DNA of 64,000 nt. It comes from Phycisphaeraceae bacterium (GTDB taxonomy: Bacteria > Planctomycetota > Phycisphaerae > Phycisphaerales > Phycisphaeraceae). Shown here one piece after another: positions 58,473 through 64,000 of the stretch; position 1 is the first letter of the stretch; each line of letters opens with the position of its first letter. The translations under genes and the position numbers were made by a program. Below the pieces are notes generated by a model. That model was not told the DNA's origin and searched no databases. It saw only the letters and a program-made list of their open reading frames with translations. The DNA lies in contig OY771506.1 in the NCBI GenBank assembly GCA_963674705.1, positions 3,488,001-3,552,000 of the forward strand, read 5' to 3'.

Positions 58473-59539
58473 GGTACGGGGTTCAAGGGAACATTGTTCT
58501 TGCTGCTATCTAGAAACAGTTCGTCGAGTATATCCCATTCTTCGGGCTGCATCTCCCATTCACTGTAGATCGCGATTCCCCGGTAATTGTCCGGCAAGGT
58601 ATCGAACTTCATCAGTCCGTCGTGTATCCCGGATAATCCATTACGCAGATTTTCTACAGCGGGGTCGTGATATTCGACATCAGCATCGTCGTAGGCAGGC
58701 AGGCCCAGGAGCACATCCGTATTGCCCGACCACTCAAGGACCTCTCGCGTCCATGCACTCATCAGGGATCGATAAAACTTGGCATTTGTCAGTGAGGTGT
58801 CATACATCATCACGACGAGTTGATCCGCGTGTGAGGCGACTTCATTGAAGTAGGTTTCTTCCCAATGCACCTCCGGATAAGGGTGCCAGCGGGTAGGTGG
58901 GGGATAGGCGGCGACTGACAGAATCTCATCTGGCTTGAGTTGTGCGCGCAGTTCTTCCAGTAGCGTGATAAAGTCCCGGTTCCCACTTGGGCATGGTTCG
59001 ATATTGATGTGGATTCCGGCAAATTCAGGGTAGTTATCCAGTAATTCGCGGATAGTAATGCAGAAGTTTTGACGCCACGCTTCTTTTTCAGGGAATGCCT
59101 GGACACCCCATGCGCCGCCGATCCAAGGCATTACACGAAAGCCTTCAAATTCGTTAAGAAACAATACCGTCTGGTCTTGATCGATCGGTGGCAGTCGGCC
59201 GTCACTTTCGGTTGGTGCGACGTGGGGATAGACATCTGTGAAGTGCTTTTCTCGCAGTTGTTCGGCAAGTTTTCGGATATGTGTCTTGTCGCGGAACTCG
59301 GGGATGCGGTCGGTTTTGTTGTACTTCTCAAACCAGCCGGCATCGCCTAACCAGCCGTGTTGAAGCCAGATGCCATTGTGGTTTTTGTCGTGTCGGCCGT
59401 CGGTAACGGTGGCTCCGGGTGACCAGAGCAGATAGCCCAAGCCCGCAATCAAAAGAAGCAAAGAGGCCGGCACAAGCGTCCGCCATGGCGGTTTTCTTAG
59501 CCTGCTGATTATCGAGTTTGTTGCAGGTTTATCACTCAT
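58469..59539 (-). CDS. Membrane-anchored GH18-like TIM-barrel protein
   Basis: N-terminal TM; FAGIHINIEP (degenerate DxDxE), DQLVVMMYD, LLGLPAY, GIAIY. Confidence 0.7.
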   Translation of the reverse strand: MSDKPATNSIISRLRKPPWRTLVPASLLLLIAGLGYLLWSPGATVTDGRHDKNHNGIWLQHGWLGDAGWFEKYNKTDRIPEFRDKTHIRKLAEQLREKHFTDVYPHVAPTESDGRLPPIDQDQTVLFLNEFEGFRVMPWIGGAWGVQAFPEKEAWRQNFCITIRELLDNYPEFAGIHINIEPCPSGNRDFITLLEELRAQLKPDEILSVAAYPPPTRWHPYPEVHWEETYFNEVASHADQLVVMMYDTSLTNAKFYRSLMSAWTREVLEWSGNTDVLLGLPAYDDADVEYHDPAVENLRNGLSGIHDGLMKFDTLPDNYRGIAIYSEWEMQPEEWDILDELFLDSSKNNVPLNPVP

Positions 59540-60552
59540 GGGTTGACTTGGTTCACCGGCTTATCTTCGACGAATGCCCTCAGATTGTCCGCGGCGATCT
59601 GCATCAGGCGGTGTCGAGGCTCGACGGCGGCCCAGGCGTTGTGGGGGGTGATGATGCAATTGGGGGCGCTGAGCAGGGGATTATCCGATGCGGGGGGCTC
59701 GGTACTCAAGACATCAACCGCTGCCCCGGCGATCAGGTTGTTACTCAAGGCTTCAGCTACCGCTTGTTCATCCAGCAATGGGCCTCGGCCGGTGTTAATC
59801 AGGTAGGCCGATGGTTTCATCTGTTTGAGCCGATCGGCGTTGACCATGTGTTTGGTCTGCTCGGTCAGCGGGGCATGGAGCGTGATGACATCGGATTGCT
59901 TGAATAGATCCTCGATGTCGACCCATTCAGCGGGTACCTCAAGCTCTCGCTTTGTTCGGCTGTGGATCAGCAGTTTCATGTCTAGAGCGTGGCCGATCTT
60001 CGCAACGCGTTGCCCAATGTCCCCGGCCCCGACGATCCCCAGCGTCTTGCCGGCCAGTTCGTAGATCGGCCCAAGCGTGAAGCTGAAGTCCGGACAGTTG
60101 ACCCATCCGTTCAAGCCTGTGCCGTGCACCGCCCGGTCATGTTCAGCCACACGGTTCGTCAGTTCGAGCAGGAGAGCGAAGACATGCTGAGCCACGGCCG
60201 CGCCGCTATAACCGGGCACATTTGTCACTACCACACCGGCTTTTCTCGCCGCTTCCAGGTCCACCACGTTCACCCCCGTCGCCAGCACACCGATGTACTT
60301 CAATTCGGGTAATTGTGCGATCGTTTCGGCGGTCAGTGGGGTCTTGTTCGTCAGCAGGATCGGTACGTTTTTTGACCGTTCTAGAATCTTGTCATTGGGG
60401 GTGCGATCATAAACCGTCAGGTCACCCAGTGCAGCGACAGGCTTCCAATCAGGCTCATCCTTTGGGATTAGTTTGCTGGGCTCGGCGCGGGTGAGTGTGT
60501 AGCCATCGAGAACGACAATTTTTTGCGGCATTTCAGTCTCCAAAACGCACAT
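59536..60552 (-). CDS. D-2-hydroxyacid dehydrogenase (glycerate dehydrogenase-like)
   Basis: GIVGAGDIG, LHAPLT, INTGRG, DVLSTEPP, ITPHNAW. Confidence 0.93.
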   Translation of the reverse strand: MCVLETEMPQKIVVLDGYTLTRAEPSKLIPKDEPDWKPVAALGDLTVYDRTPNDKILERSKNVPILLTNKTPLTAETIAQLPELKYIGVLATGVNVVDLEAARKAGVVVTNVPGYSGAAVAQHVFALLLELTNRVAEHDRAVHGTGLNGWVNCPDFSFTLGPIYELAGKTLGIVGAGDIGQRVAKIGHALDMKLLIHSRTKRELEVPAEWVDIEDLFKQSDVITLHAPLTEQTKHMVNADRLKQMKPSAYLINTGRGPLLDEQAVAEALSNNLIAGAAVDVLSTEPPASDNPLLSAPNCIITPHNAWAAVEPRHRLMQIAADNLRAFVEDKPVNQVNP

Positions 60553-60557
60553 ATTAT

Positions 60558-61127
60558 TTAAAGTATGCCGATTTCACGCTTGATCTGCGACCAGCGCGGT
60601 TCCTGGCTCTCGTCGAGGATAACGGGTTTGAAGCCTAGCCGCAGGTAGGTCTTGATCGCAGCCAGGCGAAAATCTTCGGTGTTCAGGAACATGTATTGAT
60701 GACCCTCGTCCCTAGCGTATTGCATGACCGCAAGGCTGACCACGTATGCCAGGCCGCGGCCGCGATGTTCCGGAGCGGCGCAAACCCAGCCAAGTTTTGA
60801 AAACGTTCCTGTTGCATCTTTGTAAGCGTATGCGTTGGCTGCTGCGATCGGCTGATCATCCAATGTCGCGAACCAGATACTTTCACGAGGCAATGGATCA
60901 TTTTCATCCTGAAGCATGCGATTGAGCCTGTCTCGGTTCCAATCCCCAAAGTCCGACACGTTGAGAATGGACAGCCATGCCTGCTCATCCCCTTCGCGGT
61001 AGGGTCGTAAGCCATAGCCATCTAACACCCTTTGCTTGGGTAGATCTGATAGCCCGTCCCGGCGCATCCGCAGCTTGCTGACGCCAGATTCGAGCCATAG
61101 TTCCCACGTGAGTTGATAGGGCTGCAT
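60558..61127 (-). CDS. GNAT-family acetyltransferase
   Basis: VCAAPEHRGRGLA, RLAAIKTYLRLGF; start uncertain. Confidence 0.85.
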   Translation of the reverse strand: MQPYQLTWELWLESGVSKLRMRRDGLSDLPKQRVLDGYGLRPYREGDEQAWLSILNVSDFGDWNRDRLNRMLQDENDPLPRESIWFATLDDQPIAAANAYAYKDATGTFSKLGWVCAAPEHRGRGLAYVVSLAVMQYARDEGHQYMFLNTEDFRLAAIKTYLRLGFKPVILDESQEPRWSQIKREIGIL

Positions 61128-61258
61128 CGATACCTCGCCAGCGTGACAAAAACAGTCGTGATCGTCTTCTAATCGAGATATTACTGTACCTGTACGCGTT
61201 CGGGCTGTCCGGAGCATCTGCTCTGGAAGCAATCGAGGGTTGGCCATATCATGCACAC

Positions 61259-61864
61259 ATGGCGATTTATCTTGATGACCAACCTGCGGACCTGGCCGGC
61301 GAAAGCCTGGCGGACATTCTGGCCTCGGCAACGGAGGGCCTGGCTGTGGACGGCCGGGTCGTGGTCGAAGTCCAAGTCGATGGGCAGCTCATCGGCGGAG
61401 ACGACCTGAGCGACCATGAGAACGACAATATCACCGACTCCGAGGTTCGCCTGACATCTGCCAACCCTAAAGAACTGGCTGTCTCGACCCTGACCCAGAT
61501 CCGTGAGCAGTTGCCACAGGTCGGGGCGCTGCACGAGCAGGCGGCCGAGGAGCTTCAGGCAGATAATCCCACTGAAGCGTTGCAACACATCGCCCAGACC
61601 ATCGAGATGTGGATGCAGACGCAGGAGGCCGTGCTGGGTTCGGCCGGTGTCGTCGGGCTTGGGCTGGATGATGTGAAAGTCAACGGCGAACCGATGTCCG
61701 GATTTACCGAAGAATTGATCCAGCAACTGCAAGGTCTCAAGGAATTGATCATCAGTAAAGACACCGTTGCGCTGGCGGATGCCATGGCCTACGAGTGGCC
61801 AGCCATCGTTCAGCGATGGGATGAACTGATTGAAGTATTGATTGATGAGATTGAAGGAAAGTAG
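61259..61864 (+). CDS. Acidic hypothetical protein
   Basis: 201-aa ORF with host-like codon use; C-terminal DTVALADAMAYEW. Confidence 0.75.
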   Translation: MAIYLDDQPADLAGESLADILASATEGLAVDGRVVVEVQVDGQLIGGDDLSDHENDNITDSEVRLTSANPKELAVSTLTQIREQLPQVGALHEQAAEELQADNPTEALQHIAQTIEMWMQTQEAVLGSAGVVGLGLDDVKVNGEPMSGFTEELIQQLQGLKELIISKDTVALADAMAYEWPAIVQRWDELIEVLIDEIEGK

Positions 61865-61906
61865 AAGCAGGTATCACAGGGGATACAATCCCGATACCCG
61901 AAAACA

Positions 61907-61989
61907 CCCGGCCCTTCGCTTCGCTCAGAACCGGCGTTGGCCCCCGGAAGTGCTAGACACCCAGACCCTAGACCCCAGACTCAACACCC
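61907..61989 (-). repeat. Dispersed palindromic repeat plus heptamer tract upstream of nuoC
   Basis: 61907-61940 is an inverted copy of 23207-23240; 61953-61989 CTAGACA CCCAGAC CCTAGAC CCCAGAC. Confidence 0.75.
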
Positions 61990-62559
61990 ATGCCAAAACT
62001 AGATCATCCGACACTGCCGATCGTGAAAGAGAAGTTTGCTGACCGCAAGTTGTTTGCTACGGAATTTCGTGGGCAGACGACACTGATCGTGGACAAGGCC
62101 GACCTTCTGCATGTCATGGCGTTTCTGCGTCACGATGAGCGTTGCCAGTATGACTTCCTTTCGGATGTGACATGTGTTGATTACATGGACTATCCGGGCA
62201 ACGTGGAGACAGCGGAAGGTGCTCCGAGTGGGCGGTTCGGTGTGGTCTATAACCTGGTCAGCTACCCGAATAACACACGGCTGTTCGTAAAAGTCATGCT
62301 TGATCCGACGCTTGACACCAAGGGGATCGAGGATGATCCCGGCTTGCATCTACCAAGTATGTGTGGGATCTGGCCCGGCGCCGAGTGGACCGAGCGCGAG
62401 GTGTTCGACATGTTCGGCATCCGCTTTGATGAACACCCGGACCTGCGCCGCATCCTTCTCTGGGAAAGCTATCCCGCTCATCCGCTACGTAAGGATTATC
62501 CGGTCAAGGGCCGACAGGAGCGCGAAGAATACGTGGTGATCGACCGCGATAGCGCGTAG
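61990..62559 (+). CDS. nuoC: NADH-quinone oxidoreductase subunit C (isolated)
   Basis: LSDVTCVDY, EREVFDMFGIRF..HPDLRRIL, HPLRKDYP. Confidence 0.94.
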   Translation: MPKLDHPTLPIVKEKFADRKLFATEFRGQTTLIVDKADLLHVMAFLRHDERCQYDFLSDVTCVDYMDYPGNVETAEGAPSGRFGVVYNLVSYPNNTRLFVKVMLDPTLDTKGIEDDPGLHLPSMCGIWPGAEWTEREVFDMFGIRFDEHPDLRRILLWESYPAHPLRKDYPVKGRQEREEYVVIDRDSA

Positions 62560-62602
62560 TTTAGAGTAGTTGAGAAGTAGAACAGGAGATCAGTAGATTC
62601 TT

Positions 62603-63460
62603 TCACCTGTTCACCTGCTCACCTATCTTCATCCCGCACTCCGGGCATTCGGTTCTTCCCGCTGCGACCGTGCCGCGCAGGTCGTAGCCGCAGTTTTCAC
62701 ATGAGGGTAATAGCCTCGTGCGACGGTATTTTTCGCGCCAGTAGAGCAGGATGATCCCCGGGCCGAACGCCCATAGTAATACCGTGCCTGCAAGTACGAG
62801 CGTCGTATAGGTTCCGCGGCAGCAGTAGCATTCACGCTGTCTCGCTGCCCAGATATGGACGGGCACAGCAATGAACAGCTCCAGGATACTGCCAACGATC
62901 AGGGCACGGATCATCTTCCCGAGTTGCGTGTAGCGGTCACCTTGTCGCCAGTAGATGAAAAAGATGACCGCCCAGAAAATCCAGATGATGAGCATGCCCG
63001 CCCAGATGTAGAAGACGCCTTTGCCATCATGTGCTTCCATAACCGGTTGCCAGAGGTTGGGTAGCTCCATCAGCAGGGCGATCCCTCCGGTCGACAGCAG
63101 CATCGCCATGATGGCCGCGGTGATAATGGCCGTTTTCAGAGGTCGGCCTTCTTGTGTCAGTCGAACGGTGAAACCTTTGCCCGGACGAAGGAACGCCCAT
63201 TGTGCCAGCATGAGCAAGCCCATGAACAGAACCACATTCACGGCGTATTGCCAATCTTCCAGTTCCCATAGGGCCCCGGGGGTCAGGGGCGTCCCCATCA
63301 GGCCGGCAAAGATCGATTCGTGACCAAATGGAGAAGCGCCGAACACATGCTCGCCCCAGTAAGGCGAGGTGATCCAGCCCAATCCCAGGATCACATAGAG
63401 CAGCCCGGCTATCAGGATCAGCCGACGCATGCGGTATGCTTTGTGTTGGCAGTGCGTCAT
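62603..63460 (-). CDS. Multi-TM membrane protein with C-terminal zinc ribbon
   Basis: About 6 TMs; CYCC; CENCGYDLRG..CPECG. Confidence 0.8.
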   Translation of the reverse strand: MTHCQHKAYRMRRLILIAGLLYVILGLGWITSPYWGEHVFGASPFGHESIFAGLMGTPLTPGALWELEDWQYAVNVVLFMGLLMLAQWAFLRPGKGFTVRLTQEGRPLKTAIITAAIMAMLLSTGGIALLMELPNLWQPVMEAHDGKGVFYIWAGMLIIWIFWAVIFFIYWRQGDRYTQLGKMIRALIVGSILELFIAVPVHIWAARQRECYCCRGTYTTLVLAGTVLLWAFGPGIILLYWREKYRRTRLLPSCENCGYDLRGTVAAGRTECPECGMKIGEQVNR

Positions 63461-63546
63461 CGGCCTCTCCGCGGTAGTGGGGGGCGAGTTGCTATTAAGA
63501 AGACGGATTGCCCCTCGTTAAGAATCGGATAAATCAGGATTCCCGG

Positions 63547-63576
63547 TTGACAATACCCCATTCTGTGCGATACTTT
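63547..63576 (+). promoter_or_regulatory. Sigma70-type promoter for the leader/aroF transcript
   Basis: Perfect TTGACA (63547-63552); TG-c-GATACT (63566-63574) or TACTTT as -10. Confidence 0.65.
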
Positions 63577-63582
63577 GGGGTT

Positions 63583-63654
63583 ATGAACGAGCGGTACTTC
63601 TTTTTTGGCTACTTTTGGTTTGACCGGACGCACGCCGCGTTGGGCAAGATGTAG
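63583..63654 (+). CDS. Aromatic amino acid attenuator leader peptide MNERYFFFGYFWFDRTHAALGKM
   Basis: 23 codons; 8 of 9 consecutive codons are Tyr/Phe/Trp; lies between the promoter and a terminator upstream of DAHP synthase. Confidence 0.85.
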   Translation: MNERYFFFGYFWFDRTHAALGKM

Positions 63655-63681
63655 TCAACCGCCTGGACTTGACGAATCACC

Positions 63682-63710
63682 ACCCCGACGCGGAAGCGTT
63701 GGGGTTTTTT
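63682..63710 (+). terminator. Attenuator terminator
   Basis: ACCCCGACGC-GGAA-GCGTTGGGGT-TTTTT, 110 nt upstream of the aroF start. Confidence 0.85.
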
Positions 63711-63820
63711 AATTGGGTACGAGGCAAGCCGATGATGTGGTATTGGCGCAATATGAACTTTACACGGGCAGGGGCGTACGATGCGCCCCTCGCCCGACAG
63801 GAACACAAAGGAGCGTAGCG

Positions 63821-64000
63821 ATGATTGTTGTCATGAGGCCGGATGCGACGGAACAGGAGGTGGACCACGTGGTCCAGCTGGTTAACGAAATGGGACTGAC
63901 CGATCACGTGATCCACGGTACGGACCTGACCGTCGTGGCGGTGATCGGCGACGACCGCAAGAAAGACGGCTCCGTTCTCGAACGTGCGGCGGGTGTCGAC
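63821..64000 (+). CDS. aroF: DAHP synthase type I-beta, N-terminal regulatory domain; runs off the right edge
   Basis: AAGGAG SD; MIVVMRPDATEQEVDHVVQLVNEMGLTDHVIHGTDLTVVAVIGDDR matches the ACT/ferredoxin-like N-terminus of I-beta DAHP synthases; catalytic domain lies outside the window. Confidence 0.82.
   Translation, partial: MIVVMRPDATEQEVDHVVQLVNEMGLTDHVIHGTDLTVVAVIGDDRKKDGSVLERAAGVD

Noticed and set aside
63609..63916. Minus-strand ORFs 63609-63806 and 63677-63916
   Set aside because: Antisense to the attenuator and the aroF start; no coding support.

Overview
GC-rich bacterial chromosomal segment, most likely a planctomycete of the Phycisphaerae type. This is inferred from the PEP-CTERM proteins, the DUF4340/Gld-like ABC operon, mcsA/mcsB, a truncated glmU and the repeat families. 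Most of the window is housekeeping: purF, mutY, recQ, pth-rplY-prs-glmU' with tRNA-Gln, rnpB, glgP, thiL-tsaE-yacG, fur, hom, gdh, nadD, nuoC and the 5' end of aroF. Accessory DNA is concentrated at 11.4-14.7 kb and at 24.4-25.8 kb (IS200-type HuH transposase between long REP arrays). The 11.4-14.7 kb island holds an IS4, low-GC cassettes and a Y1-transposase remnant, bracketed by a duplicated mutY 3' end. Most notable items: (1) an unannotated Phe/Tyr/Trp-rich 23-codon leader peptide with terminator/antiterminator geometry upstream of DAHP synthase; (2) a [2Fe-2S] ferredoxin-PAS-SpoIIE operon that looks like the sensory [FeFe]-hydrogenase (hfs/HydS) module with the hydrogenase domain missing; (3) an RNase P RNA whose P12 helix is expanded to about 146 nt by heptamer repeats, which also occur at several gene boundaries; (4) motif-bounded cassettes in the mutY island. 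No CRISPR array or rRNA was seen. All product calls come from recognising motifs by eye, not from database searches.
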